A DNA stretch of 64,000 nucleotides from an uncultured bacterium (GCA_963695335.1 OY968764.1:128001-192000), one strand, 5' to 3'. Counted from the stretch's first letter, positions 26,223-37,065 are shown. The notes: generated from the letters alone by a model not told the origin. Program-made: numbers and translations.

Positions 26223-28766
26223 CTATTTCTGCACCCGATAATACAACAACTTAGCAATTTCAGTGGTGCCAAAATATGTTCCCACAATACAGAATATAAT
26301 CGCCATATCATGCAATGATGGTCGTACAAAAGAAAAAAGTGTGTGCCCTAACGCTGTAAACGGTAAAACTAAAACAATGCTTGTCGCAAACACACAAAGC
26401 CCTGATAACAGTAATGATGGATATGGCTTTTTTAAGAAAAAAGATTTTGTACGCAATGAAAAGATCAAAACAAATTGGAACAGTGAACTGGTGATAAACC
26501 AACTTGTTTGTAACAATTCAGGATGAGATTTAAAAAACATAAAAATTAAAAAATCAAATGGCAGACGAACAAATCCAAAAAAGAATGTTGCAAAGCCAAT
26601 CTCTTTCATTGAATACCGTAACGGCTTTCGCAACTCTTTTTCATTCACCGGATCAGTGGAAATAGAAATTAATGGAAAATCAGTAATCAGATCAAGAAAT
26701 GTTAACTGCAACGGCAACATCGGTAAATAATCAATCAACAGTGATGAAAAGATAAGTGCATAAAAAAGAGCAATATTACACGAAATAGTGATCTTTATAT
26801 ATTTGAGTGTATTGATAATGGTTTTTCTGCCTTCTTCTATCCCCAACAAAATATTGTGCAAACTTTTTTGTAGCAAAATAATTTCTGCAGCTTCACGCGC
26901 AACTCCTGCCGCTGTGTTAACTGCAATGCCAACCTGCGCACTTTTTAATGCTGGTGCATCGTTAATACCATCTCCCAAATACCCAACCGCATATTTTTCT
27001 TGGAGATACGTAATAATTTCATATTTTTGTTGCGGCGTTACGCGTGCAAAAATAGTGTGTTTATATGCTAGAGATTTTTTTTCTTTTTCCGAAAGTTTTG
27101 CAAAATCAGCACCAAGCACCACATTCTCTTTTTTATTCTCTAATCCCAACTGCTGCGCAATAGAAAAACAGACATCTGCACTGTCACCACTTAATATTTT
27201 AATCTGCACACCCAACTCTTGTGCTTTTTTGATTGCTTTTTCTGCTGTGTCTTTTAATGGATCAGCAAAAGCAATTAATCCTAAACTGTCATACGATTTT
27301 TCTTTATCTAATTCTTCTTTATTGAATTTTCCCGTTACCTGTTTGACTGCTATTGCAAGAACACGGCTTCCCTGCGTTTCATGTTCCTTAACCCATTTTG
27401 TAATAGCAGCAGTTTCATGCTGTTTGCTGCACACAGGTAAAATATATTCGATCGGGCCCTTTGTGATCAAAAGATGTGTAGCACCTTTGTGTACTAATGA
27501 AATGCTACGGTATCGTTCATACGTAAATGGAAGTTCTTCAACTATTTCATACTTTTGTAACTCTTTTTTTTGCGCATCATTCAATGCTTGTACAACAGCT
27601 AGATCAAAACCACTCAACACAGTTTTATGCGCCGGCATCACTATTGATTTCATGAGTGCTGCATACAGTAATAAATTTTTATCTTTGATATCATATACAT
27701 CTTTGACGGTTAATGCATTTTCTGTTAATGTTCCTGTTTTATCACTACAAAAAACTTCAAGCGATCCAAAATCTTCAAGTGCTGATAACCGTTTTACAAT
27801 AATTTTATGTTTATGTAAGGCCATTGCTCCCTGTGTTAAACAAAATGTAATAACCACGGGTAATGCTGAAGGAATCGCACTGATTGCAAGCGCACCTGCA
27901 AAGAGCAAAAATTGAACTAATGACATCTGCCCTGATTTAAAAAAAATATTCACTGCAAAAACTAATGCAAGACTGATACCAACAAGAACAAACACAATTT
28001 CTGCAAGTCGTGTTGTTCCTTGTGCTAAGACACTTTTAATAACTGTTTTTGTTGCTAATTGTGCAATGGATCCCATTTGTGTGTGCTGGCCTGTTGCAAA
28101 CACAACACCAATAGCATTACCATCCATGACAACTGTACCTGCATATCCTAATGTATACGCATCATAGATTGCAGTTATTTTTTTATCAGTCTGCTCATGC
28201 ATTTTTTTCACTGGCATTGATTCACCAGTCAACATAGATTCATCAACTGTGCAATTTTCTGTTGTAATAAAACGACAATCAGCAGGTATAATATCTCCTG
28301 CTTGCAGCTTTATGATATCACCAGGAACAAGCTGATTTGTTTGAATAACATCATCTTTATTATCACGATGCACAACTATATGTGATTGAAGATAAGATTT
28401 CAGCAGCTCCATGGCACGATTACTATGATATTCTTGATAAAAACCAATTGCTGTATTTGCAACCATGATGATAATCAAAATGGTGCATTCGGTATATTCT
28501 TGAGTAAAAAAATAAACTGCAGCAATGACTATGAAAATTAAAATGAATGGATTTTTTATCTGATTTTTTAAAACATCAAACCAGGTTACGGTTGTTTTTT
28601 CTAATTCATTAAGACCATATTGCGTGAGACGATTTTTGACTTCTGCTGATGTTAATCCTTTTTCAGATGACTCAAGTTTTTTAAGAATATCTTTTATGGT
28701 GCTGTTGGCAAAAAAAGAAATATCTTCATTCCATTCAGAAGCTATTTTTTTATTATGCTTTACCAT
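26223..28766 (-). CDS. P-type cation-transporting ATPase (TM4 IPSALP)
   Basis: TGES, DKTGTLT, LSGD, GDGINDAPAL; MgtA/P3-like length. Confidence 0.9.
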   Translation of the reverse strand: MVKHNKKIASEWNEDISFFANSTIKDILKKLESSEKGLTSAEVKNRLTQYGLNELEKTTVTWFDVLKNQIKNPFILIFIVIAAVYFFTQEYTECTILIIIMVANTAIGFYQEYHSNRAMELLKSYLQSHIVVHRDNKDDVIQTNQLVPGDIIKLQAGDIIPADCRFITTENCTVDESMLTGESMPVKKMHEQTDKKITAIYDAYTLGYAGTVVMDGNAIGVVFATGQHTQMGSIAQLATKTVIKSVLAQGTTRLAEIVFVLVGISLALVFAVNIFFKSGQMSLVQFLLFAGALAISAIPSALPVVITFCLTQGAMALHKHKIIVKRLSALEDFGSLEVFCSDKTGTLTENALTVKDVYDIKDKNLLLYAALMKSIVMPAHKTVLSGFDLAVVQALNDAQKKELQKYEIVEELPFTYERYRSISLVHKGATHLLITKGPIEYILPVCSKQHETAAITKWVKEHETQGSRVLAIAVKQVTGKFNKEELDKEKSYDSLGLIAFADPLKDTAEKAIKKAQELGVQIKILSGDSADVCFSIAQQLGLENKKENVVLGADFAKLSEKEKKSLAYKHTIFARVTPQQKYEIITYLQEKYAVGYLGDGINDAPALKSAQVGIAVNTAAGVAREAAEIILLQKSLHNILLGIEEGRKTIINTLKYIKITISCNIALFYALIFSSLLIDYLPMLPLQLTFLDLITDFPLISISTDPVNEKELRKPLRYSMKEIGFATFFFGFVRLPFDFLIFMFFKSHPELLQTSWFITSSLFQFVLIFSLRTKSFFLKKPYPSLLLSGLCVFATSIVLVLPFTALGHTLFSFVRPSLHDMAIIFCIVGTYFGTTEIAKLLYYRVQK

Positions 28767-31296
28767 ATTTTTTTCTCATGTAGTAATACGTCAACTTAAC
28801 TCCTTCAGCCACAACCAAATTAAATAGAACTACTCCAACCAACCATGGTACATGTTGCCACTCCGGTGTAGTAAATGAAAAAATTTTATTGCCAAAAGCC
28901 GTGCATGGTAAAATAATTGCAGTCAAAACAACAAACGTAGAAAGCAGTACCATTGTCATCGATGGATGATGTGCTCTGAAAAATAGTAATGGTGTGCGGA
29001 ATAAAAATATAAAAATAACTTCTGAAATAGTACTTGTTATAAACCAACTTGTTTGCAGCGTTTCAGGGAAATGTGATCTAAAAACAAAAAAAATCGTCAT
29101 ATCAGCAATGAACATAATAATACCAAACAATGTAATCAAAATAGCGGCATCAACCATATCATACGTCAGTGGCTTTTGAACCTCTTCAGGGCTCACGTTA
29201 TCAGTAGAAATTGCCATCATCGGCAAATCAGTCAGTAAATTTAAAAAAAGTAACTGCATCGGAAGCATTGGTGGATAACTCACCAATAATGATGCAACTG
29301 CAAGTGCATAAAAATGTCCAAAACTTGGAGCGTTTGTCATCTTTGTGTATTTCAAAGTATTCACAATAGTACGTCTGCCTTCCTCAATACCCAAAACAAC
29401 GCTGCGCAAACTTTTACGTAATAAAATAATTTCAGCAGCTTCGCGTGCAACAGGAGCTGCATCATTCACGGCAAAACTCACGTGTGCCATTTTAAGCGCA
29501 GGTGCATCATTAATTCCATCACCCATGTAACCAACGGAATATTTTTTCTTTAAGTGCCCAATAATTGCATATTTTTGTTCAGGATTAACGCGCGCAAACA
29601 CAGAACGGTTATTAGCAAGAAAATCTTTTTGTTCTTCTGAAGCTTTTTCAAAGTCCTCACCAAGCACAATATTTTCAACATTTTCTTCAAGTCCCAACTG
29701 CTTTGCGATGGTATAGCATACATTCTTACTATCCCCGCTCAGAATTTTTATCTGAATTCCAAGCTCTTTTGCTTTTTGTACGGTTGTTAATGCAGTTTCT
29801 TTTAGTGGATCTTGAAACCCAATTAAACCAATTGTTTCATAATCATGATCATCAGCTTCAATATCATAGGTGTCACCGTTGTATGTGGTTATATTTTTTG
29901 TTGCAATTGCAAGAATACGGTTTCCCTTGTGTTCTTCCGTTTCAATCCATGAATGAATCGTCTTTTTTTCGTCATCGCTTAAAAAAGGACATTTTTCAAT
30001 CACAATTTCAGGAGAACCTTTAAGAATAAGTGTATGTTCATTATCTTTTTGTACCAATGCCATACTTTGTCTTTTTTGCGGTGTAAAAGGAGATTCTTTA
30101 AGTAATGTGTGTTGTGCTATTTGCGCATCATGTTCATCAGTCAGTTTTTTTTGTAATGCTAAATCAAACCCTTTTGTCATACTTTCTTTGCCTGTTGTTT
30201 GCGCGGGAGAAGAGACTACTGCATACATCAATGTTGCATCAGGATTATTCCCATAAATATCCTGCACACTTAAAGCATTTTCTGTTAATGTTCCTGTTTT
30301 ATCAGTACAAAAAACTTCAACAGAACCCAAATCACCAATTGCAGATAAACGTTTTACAATAACATTGTTTTTTTTGAGTGTTGATGCGCCTTGCGATAAA
30401 CAAAATGTAATAACCATCGGCAATCCTTCTGGAATTGCCGTAATAGTAAGTGCTGCTGCAAAAAGAAAGAAATCAATAAAGCTGAATTCTCCTCCGCGCA
30501 TCACAATATGAATGAGTGCCATAATAAGCAAACTTGCAAACACCAAATAAATTGTAAGGCGTGCAATAGAAACAGAACCTTTTTCTAAGCTACTTTTGTT
30601 AACGGTTTTATTTGTTAAGGCTGCAATGGTACCCAGCGCTGTTGCAGCACCTGTTGCAATAACAACCGCTTTACCTTTGCCTTGTGTGATTGTGCTTCCC
30701 GTAAAACCAATATTCTCTGCTTTGTATGCATCAGTTGCAATATCTTGCATTGCTTCACTTTTTTTAGCAACAGCAATTGATTCTCCCGTCATACTTGATT
30801 CATCAACTGCAAGATTATCAACTTCTATAAATCTACAATCTGCAGGAATAACATCACCTGCATATAAAATAATAATATCACCAGGAACTAATTGATTGAG
30901 CGGAATATTAACTTCAGCATTATCACGCTTAACTGTTACTTGCGACATAAGACATTTTTTAAGCGCCTGCATTGCAGAATTACTGCGATATTCCTGAAAA
31001 AAACCAATACCAACATTAATAAAAACAATAATTCCAACGATTGCAGCTTCTGCTAATTGATGAGTTAATCCATATGCAAGGCCAATTACCAAAAAAACTA
31101 ACATGAACGGGCTCATGATTTGAGCTTTTAGAATCTGCCACCACGTAACATCAACTTCTTTAATTTCATTAAGACCATATTCTTGTAGACGTTGTTCTAC
31201 TGTTGACTGTGTCAACCCTGATGAAGATGAATTAAGATCTGTGAGCGCTTCTTCTACTGAAATATTGGTATAAAAAGAAAATTTTTTATTTTCCAT
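28753..31296 (-). CDS. P-type cation-transporting ATPase (TM4 IPEGLP), MgtA-like
   Basis: TGES, DKTGTLT, KGSPE, GDGINDAPAL; likely start MENKK. Confidence 0.9.
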   Translation of the reverse strand: MENKKFSFYTNISVEEALTDLNSSSSGLTQSTVEQRLQEYGLNEIKEVDVTWWQILKAQIMSPFMLVFLVIGLAYGLTHQLAEAAIVGIIVFINVGIGFFQEYRSNSAMQALKKCLMSQVTVKRDNAEVNIPLNQLVPGDIIILYAGDVIPADCRFIEVDNLAVDESSMTGESIAVAKKSEAMQDIATDAYKAENIGFTGSTITQGKGKAVVIATGAATALGTIAALTNKTVNKSSLEKGSVSIARLTIYLVFASLLIMALIHIVMRGGEFSFIDFFLFAAALTITAIPEGLPMVITFCLSQGASTLKKNNVIVKRLSAIGDLGSVEVFCTDKTGTLTENALSVQDIYGNNPDATLMYAVVSSPAQTTGKESMTKGFDLALQKKLTDEHDAQIAQHTLLKESPFTPQKRQSMALVQKDNEHTLILKGSPEIVIEKCPFLSDDEKKTIHSWIETEEHKGNRILAIATKNITTYNGDTYDIEADDHDYETIGLIGFQDPLKETALTTVQKAKELGIQIKILSGDSKNVCYTIAKQLGLEENVENIVLGEDFEKASEEQKDFLANNRSVFARVNPEQKYAIIGHLKKKYSVGYMGDGINDAPALKMAHVSFAVNDAAPVAREAAEIILLRKSLRSVVLGIEEGRRTIVNTLKYTKMTNAPSFGHFYALAVASLLVSYPPMLPMQLLFLNLLTDLPMMAISTDNVSPEEVQKPLTYDMVDAAILITLFGIIMFIADMTIFFVFRSHFPETLQTSWFITSTISEVIFIFLFRTPLLFFRAHHPSMTMVLLSTFVVLTAIILPCTAFGNKIFSFTTPEWQHVPWLVGVVLFNLVVAEGVKLTYYYMRKKYGKA

Positions 31297-31441
31297 TTTA
31301 ATAAGCCCTTTGCAAGCTTTATGTAATTCCTTTTTTTTACCAATGTAAGGAATCTTACAGTCAGAATGCAATTATTTGTGCGTAGTGCTATTTTTCGTTA
31401 TAATTCATCCCAAAAAGACCAGAATTACTAAGGAGTACATA

Positions 31442-34009
31442 ATGAAACACATTTGTTTAATCATCTCATTTTTTTTATGCAGTTCTCATACAGCACATGC
31501 TATGGAAAAAGAAAAAGAAAAATTAAAACCTATAGCCAGCATATTACAATCAATAAAAACATTACCAAAAAAAGTTGCTGCACCATTTATTAAAAAACAA
31601 TCAAAAACACCTATACTTATCGTAGAGAAAACACACTCTGAAGGCCATGCATGCGTTCAAGCTATAAAAGATAATGATCCAGAACAATTAGAATTGGAAT
31701 TATCTATAATGGGAGCGGATGTTAATTACATCAGTAATGGAAAATCACTTTTTTATATAGCATGTGAAGAAAGAGCCACAAAACATACCAATACAAATAT
31801 TCTTGAAATATTGCTTACGCATGAAAATATAGATCTCACTTCTCGAAATGCACGAGGATCAATACCTTTAGATGTGGCATGCCAACTGGGTTTAGCCTCA
31901 ACAGTTGCATCTATGCTCAAAAAATCACCTGCAGCTGTATATTACAGAGATACACATGGTTTTACTCCATTACATACAGCAGTAGCTTGTGGAAAACAAG
32001 ATTGTATCAAATTACTTCTTTCTCATGATACCAATCTTACTGGACTGCAGGATTATGCTGGCAATACTCCATTGCATATAGCGATAGCTCTGAGAGAAAA
32101 CTGTATTGAGCAACTTCTTTCTTATGATATCAGTAATATTAATCGTCAAAATTATAATGGTGATACTCCATTACATCAAGCATGCGTGCGTGTACTACCA
32201 GAGTATATTACATTACTTATACAAAAAGGAGCAGACACCACAATTCAAAATCATAACCAACAAACAGCTCCATATCTACTTTTTTCTATGTTTCGTCCCG
32301 ATAATTATCGAGAGTTTCTTAATAATTGCGACCCACATGTTAGGCACCAATTTGTTTATGCAACAGATCACAACAATAATACCCAACTACATCTTTGTGC
32401 AGCAATAGCAACAGAATATCCTCTTCAACAACACATACATCAATCTTACCTCGAATTGCTGGTCTCTCAAAATATAGATCCTACAGCACAAAACAGTGAT
32501 GGCAAAACAGCTTTAGATCTTGCACATGAAGCGTGTACGAAGCTACACGATTTATATCAAATGGAACAACTGCCATACATACAACAAGCTTTAGATAATC
32601 AAGAAATTATTTTGATACATTTCTTAATGTATGCTAATCCTTCTCCAAAAATAAAAACACAACTTCAAAAGCCACTATTTCGTATAGAAGCAACACAACC
32701 AGAAATCAGTCAAAACATGACACAATACACAGATCTCTCGCAAGCACAAAAAAAATGCCTCAAAGGCGTAGAAGAAAACGATCTATCTCTTGTAAAAGAA
32801 AGCTTATCAGAAGGCGCAGACATTAACTTTTATAATCAAAAAGGAGATACACTTCTATCCCGAGCATGCACAGTTGCAAAAAAAAGTATTATAAAAGAGC
32901 TTCTTGAGCAACCTATCAATCTCAAAGCTATCAATACACGCACAGGAGATACACCACTGCATGCTGCATGTAAAGCTCCTTATTCTGATCGCTGTGGCCG
33001 AGACGCTATTGTTGCACTATTACTTGCCAAAGATCCTGATCTTGCAACCATTACAAGCATGGATGGCACAACACCTCTTGATATTGCGATGAGACTTGAA
33101 AACACAGATTGTCTTAAAAATATTTTGAAATACAATCCTGCAGTAGCAAGCACAATCAATAATAAATTTAATAATGAAACTCCATTATATGCTGCTGTTA
33201 AAAACCTCAACATCAAACAGATTGAATTACTATTGAACGCTGACAAGAAAGGTATCAATCATCAAAATAATAAAGGCGATACCGTATTACACCACGCATG
33301 CAGTTGCACTTCTTATACAAAGGAAATGTGCGATATTATTAAACTACTTATTATCAACGGCGCTGATACAACAATTAAAAACCATAATAAAGCAACACCT
33401 CTCGTTGAACTTTTTTCTGACATTTCTGCACCTGAATTTAAGATAGTTGATTTTTTACTTGCAGAGCATCCTGATATTTTTGAAATACTCATACAAACAA
33501 AAGACAAAAACCAAAACACCCAATTCCATTTATGCACACAGCTACAAATTTTTAAGGATAATTTTGAACAGTATGTATTACTCCTTAAAAACAACAACCT
33601 TGATATTCATACAAAAAATAAAGACGGCAGAACTGCTGTTAATCTTGCAGAGAGACGCTATGAAAACTTATATAATCTCTATACAAAAAAAAGATCACCG
33701 TACTTAAAATGGTCTTTTGCTACTCAAGAATATATTTATCATACTTTTTTACGCGTTACCCAACCACGAATATCATGCGCAAGTTTTAAACAAATATTTG
33801 ACCAACAAACAACTGGCTGGCCTGAATTTCCACGAGAATTAATTCAACACATTATACGTACTTATTATACTCTCAACCTAGAAACCATCGTTGCTAAAAA
33901 ATATAAGAACAACAAAAAATATTATGATGATTACATTGAAAACAAACAGGAAATAAGACAACAACTGCTTGCAAAACCTGAACCAAAATTATTATGGGGC
34001 ACAGTGTAA
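31442..34009 (+). CDS. Exported ankyrin-repeat protein with two Ank modules and an F-box-like C-terminal motif
   Basis: AGGAG RBS; signal ..AHA-MEK; many G(D/F/N)TPLH repeats; WPEFPRELIQHII. Confidence 0.88.
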   Translation: MKHICLIISFFLCSSHTAHAMEKEKEKLKPIASILQSIKTLPKKVAAPFIKKQSKTPILIVEKTHSEGHACVQAIKDNDPEQLELELSIMGADVNYISNGKSLFYIACEERATKHTNTNILEILLTHENIDLTSRNARGSIPLDVACQLGLASTVASMLKKSPAAVYYRDTHGFTPLHTAVACGKQDCIKLLLSHDTNLTGLQDYAGNTPLHIAIALRENCIEQLLSYDISNINRQNYNGDTPLHQACVRVLPEYITLLIQKGADTTIQNHNQQTAPYLLFSMFRPDNYREFLNNCDPHVRHQFVYATDHNNNTQLHLCAAIATEYPLQQHIHQSYLELLVSQNIDPTAQNSDGKTALDLAHEACTKLHDLYQMEQLPYIQQALDNQEIILIHFLMYANPSPKIKTQLQKPLFRIEATQPEISQNMTQYTDLSQAQKKCLKGVEENDLSLVKESLSEGADINFYNQKGDTLLSRACTVAKKSIIKELLEQPINLKAINTRTGDTPLHAACKAPYSDRCGRDAIVALLLAKDPDLATITSMDGTTPLDIAMRLENTDCLKNILKYNPAVASTINNKFNNETPLYAAVKNLNIKQIELLLNADKKGINHQNNKGDTVLHHACSCTSYTKEMCDIIKLLIINGADTTIKNHNKATPLVELFSDISAPEFKIVDFLLAEHPDIFEILIQTKDKNQNTQFHLCTQLQIFKDNFEQYVLLLKNNNLDIHTKNKDGRTAVNLAERRYENLYNLYTKKRSPYLKWSFATQEYIYHTFLRVTQPRISCASFKQIFDQQTTGWPEFPRELIQHIIRTYYTLNLETIVAKKYKNNKKYYDDYIENKQEIRQQLLAKPEPKLLWGTV

Positions 34010-34083
34010 ATTATTGCTAATTAGAAATCTCCTCATATATCATATATGAAAAGAAGTATAAAAATGAATATGGGGAGAAAATA

Positions 34084-34857
34084 ATGAAAAAAAGTTGTTT
34101 TGTAACATTATCTCTCATATTTATTCTTAATAATAACGCTCTTTATGGCATGATGGCCAACAAAGCACGTCGATCTTTTTCATATAAAACTGTTCAACAA
34201 CCAAAAACATTCAATTATACAAATCCCCACCGCAAACCAATACTGATTGATCGTGTTAAACAATACTATAATCAAATGAAGCAAGGCTTTTCACAGTGGT
34301 GGCATGGTACAAATTACCCACAAGTTACACTGAATGAAACTACTGTACTCTTAAACAACATTTCCACTAAAAAGCCTGCTGCTATGAAAGATTTTAACAC
34401 TTTTCTAGAAACAAAAGACCAAGATAGCATCAACCAACTTCTCAACAAACTTATTTTTTCACAACATGAAATTGACTTTCTCGATGCAAAAGTAATTGAA
34501 CTTTTTTTTGGATTAGCTTTAAACAATAGAAACTATAAAAAAATTGCCGCTAAAGTTATTCATTGGGCACAAGAAAACATTATTCAACTTTTCAATCAAA
34601 ATATCACTATTACCAATGATTCTTTTTTAATCACTTTGCTCCAGATCGATTATGATCTCGACAAAGAACTTATTGCTGTAATTCATGATAATTTAGACTA
34701 TATACAACAACAGCCAACAGGAGCACAATTTCTTACTCTATTACAAAAACAGCATCAAAAAATATATGATGCAATTATGCAACGCAAGCAAACGGTTAAA
34801 GGGATATTAAAAGAAGGTGTACAAAAATCCCTTGAAGAACTCAGAACAAGAGAATAA
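34084..34857 (+). CDS. Hypothetical exported protein
   Basis: GGGGAG RBS; signal ..LYG-MMANKARRSFS. Confidence 0.7.
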   Translation: MKKSCFVTLSLIFILNNNALYGMMANKARRSFSYKTVQQPKTFNYTNPHRKPILIDRVKQYYNQMKQGFSQWWHGTNYPQVTLNETTVLLNNISTKKPAAMKDFNTFLETKDQDSINQLLNKLIFSQHEIDFLDAKVIELFFGLALNNRNYKKIAAKVIHWAQENIIQLFNQNITITNDSFLITLLQIDYDLDKELIAVIHDNLDYIQQQPTGAQFLTLLQKQHQKIYDAIMQRKQTVKGILKEGVQKSLEELRTRE

Positions 34858-34925
34858 CTGAAATTGTCCCAACCCTTGAATTATATAAACCACCCTCTTC
34901 ATACTCAAGAAAAAAGGACAATACT

Positions 34926-35594
34926 ATGTTTAAAAAAACTATCATAATAGCCCTTCTATTTGGAACAGGATGCATGATGAGTAAAGCAGACAATTCACTC
35001 AAAGAATATCGGAAAAAACGTGATTTAAAAAAATCACCTGAGCCTTCCGGTAAAAAAAGACGCTCCTCAAAAGATTCAAATATTTTTGTTATCCAAAAAC
35101 ATGATGCAAGTCATTTACACTACGATTTTAGATTAGAAATTGATGGAGTCCTTAAATCATGGGCAATTCCCAAAGGCCCTTCAACAGATCCGCATGATAA
35201 ACGTCTTGCTGTTGAAACAGAGGATCATCCAATGGAATATGCCAGCTTTGAAGGAGTCATTCCAGAAGGTGAATATGGCGCAGGACCTGTGATTGTATGG
35301 GATACAGGGACGTTCGATAACATCAAAGAAAAAGACGGTAACATTGTTCCACTTTCTCAATGTTATAAAAATGGGCAGATAGAAGTGAGTTTGCATGGTA
35401 AAAAATTACAAGGTGGTTATGCGCTTATCCACACGTCTTTTGGTGATGATGCAAGAAAAAAAGATTGGTTACTCATTAAAATGAACGATGATTATGCTGA
35501 TGCACGCCGTAACCCCGTTAAAACAGAACCTAAATCAGTCATTTCTGGAAAAACAATAGAAGAAATGCAATCCAAAAAAAAACTAAAAAAATGA
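34926..35594 (+). CDS. LigD 3'-phosphoesterase domain protein
   Basis: YRKKRD...PEP, FVIQKHDASHLHYDFRLE, SWAIPKGPS, EDHP, YGAGPVIVWD. Confidence 0.93.
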   Translation: MFKKTIIIALLFGTGCMMSKADNSLKEYRKKRDLKKSPEPSGKKRRSSKDSNIFVIQKHDASHLHYDFRLEIDGVLKSWAIPKGPSTDPHDKRLAVETEDHPMEYASFEGVIPEGEYGAGPVIVWDTGTFDNIKEKDGNIVPLSQCYKNGQIEVSLHGKKLQGGYALIHTSFGDDARKKDWLLIKMNDDYADARRNPVKTEPKSVISGKTIEEMQSKKKLKK

Positions 35595-36544
35595 AGATCA
35601 AAAGCGGCCGCTACACCATTGAACTGAGCAATACAGACAAAGTTTTGTTTGGGAAATCAGGCGCAAGCCAGATGAAGCTCGCAAAAGCGAAGACTGGAAT
35701 CACTAAAGGCGAATTAGTAGATTATTACAACTATATTGCTCCGACTATGCTGCGCTATTGCGATAAACATCCTATTTCTATGAAGCGGTACCCAAATGGT
35801 ATCAATCATGAAGGTTTTTTCCAAAAAGAGGCTGGGGAATATTTTCCGGACTGGATCACGCGTGTTGCTATCCCCAAACAAACAGATGGGGTAGTGAACA
35901 CGGTTGTGATTGATAAAACTGCAACAATTGTATATTTAGCTAATCAGGCATGCATCACACCACATATCTGGCTCAGCCGAACTCCTCACCTTAATAAACC
36001 CGATCGCATGATTTTTGATCTTGATCCTTCAGGTAAAACATTTTCTTTTTCTGATGTCCAAAAAGTAGCCAAAGAGATCAAAACAATACTCGATGCCTGT
36101 GATCTGCCCAGTTTTTATATGCTCACTGGATCGCGTGGTGCTCATATTATAATACCACTCAAACGCGCAGATACATTTGAAGAAACACGCGCATTTACGC
36201 ACGATATTGCGACATTGATTGCACATCAATTTCCAAAAATGTTTACCATTGAAGTTAGTAAAAAGAAGCGGGGCAAGAGAGTTTTTATTGATTGGTTACG
36301 TAACAGTTTTGGTGCCACAGCAGTCGCTCCCTATGCAGTCCGTGCACATGAAGACGCACCTGTTGCAATGCCAGTAACATGGAAAGAATTGCAATCATCT
36401 GGTATGCATTCACAAAAATACAATATCAACAATATCAAAAAGCGCATGAATAAAGTTGGCGATATCTGGAAAGGAATGGAAAAACATGCGGTCTCGCTCA
36501 AAAAGGCGAGGAAGGTACTTGATAAATTGATAATGATTAAATGA
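35591..36544 (+). CDS. LigD polymerase (primase-like) domain protein
   Basis: LSNTDKVLF, TKGELVDYY, RYPNGI..FFQK, PDRMIFDLDP, TGSRGAH, DWLRN, APYAVRA. Confidence 0.93.
   Translation: MKIKSGRYTIELSNTDKVLFGKSGASQMKLAKAKTGITKGELVDYYNYIAPTMLRYCDKHPISMKRYPNGINHEGFFQKEAGEYFPDWITRVAIPKQTDGVVNTVVIDKTATIVYLANQACITPHIWLSRTPHLNKPDRMIFDLDPSGKTFSFSDVQKVAKEIKTILDACDLPSFYMLTGSRGAHIIIPLKRADTFEETRAFTHDIATLIAHQFPKMFTIEVSKKKRGKRVFIDWLRNSFGATAVAPYAVRAHEDAPVAMPVTWKELQSSGMHSQKYNINNIKKRMNKVGDIWKGMEKHAVSLKKARKVLDKLIMIK
35668..35697. repeat. Family B-like hairpin in-frame in LigD-Pol
   Basis: CCAGATGAAGCTCGCAAAAGCGAAGACTGG lies in an extra segment between VLFGKSG and ITKGEL. Confidence 0.55.
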
Positions 36545-36625
36545 GTTCGTATGTTTCGACAAGCTCAACACGAACGGATCATGTATTTTTCCCGTTCGCA
36601 CTGAGCCTGTCGAAGTGAGCGAACG
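36545..36625. repeat. Family A inverted doublet
   Basis: TTCGACAAGCTCAACACGAACGG ... CCGTTCGCACTGAGCCTGTCGAAG. Confidence 0.8.
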
Positions 36626-36643
36626 CAAACGAAGGAGTCGTTT

Positions 36644-37033
36644 ATGATGACACTCGTCTTAATTATCGCACTGATCGGTCTTGCAATCTCTATCTACGGA
36701 ATCAAAGTAGAACAAAGCATACAAGAAAATAAATTCTACAAACCTGCGTGCGATATTTCCAATAAAATATCATGCTCAAGGCCCATGCTCAGTGAATATA
36801 ACAAAATGCTTGGTATTTCCAATATATGGGCTTGCGCGTTATATTATTGCGTAATTATTGCATCAACATTCATGGAATTACCAATTTTACCACTGATACT
36901 ATCTATTGTTGGATGTGCAGTTTCTGTTGTATTTGCATACATTTTATATTTTAAGATACATTCATTCTGTTTAATCTGCACATCATTGTATGCAATTAAT
37001 ATAGCACTCATGATTGCATGTTTTTTTTCTTGA
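36644..37033 (+). CDS. Vitamin K epoxide reductase (VKOR) family protein
   Basis: ACDISNKISCSRPMLSEY loop cysteines, TM helices, CLIC CxxC. Confidence 0.88.
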   Translation: MMTLVLIIALIGLAISIYGIKVEQSIQENKFYKPACDISNKISCSRPMLSEYNKMLGISNIWACALYYCVIIASTFMELPILPLILSIVGCAVSVVFAYILYFKIHSFCLICTSLYAINIALMIACFFS

Positions 37034-37065
37034 AATTTTTATAATGGAGTAGTAGGTTTTTTAAT

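Noticed and set aside
26788..27915. 375-aa plus-strand ORF
   Set aside because: Antisense shadow of the P-type ATPase with no motif; the same applies to the many 60-150 aa ORFs overlapping assigned genes.
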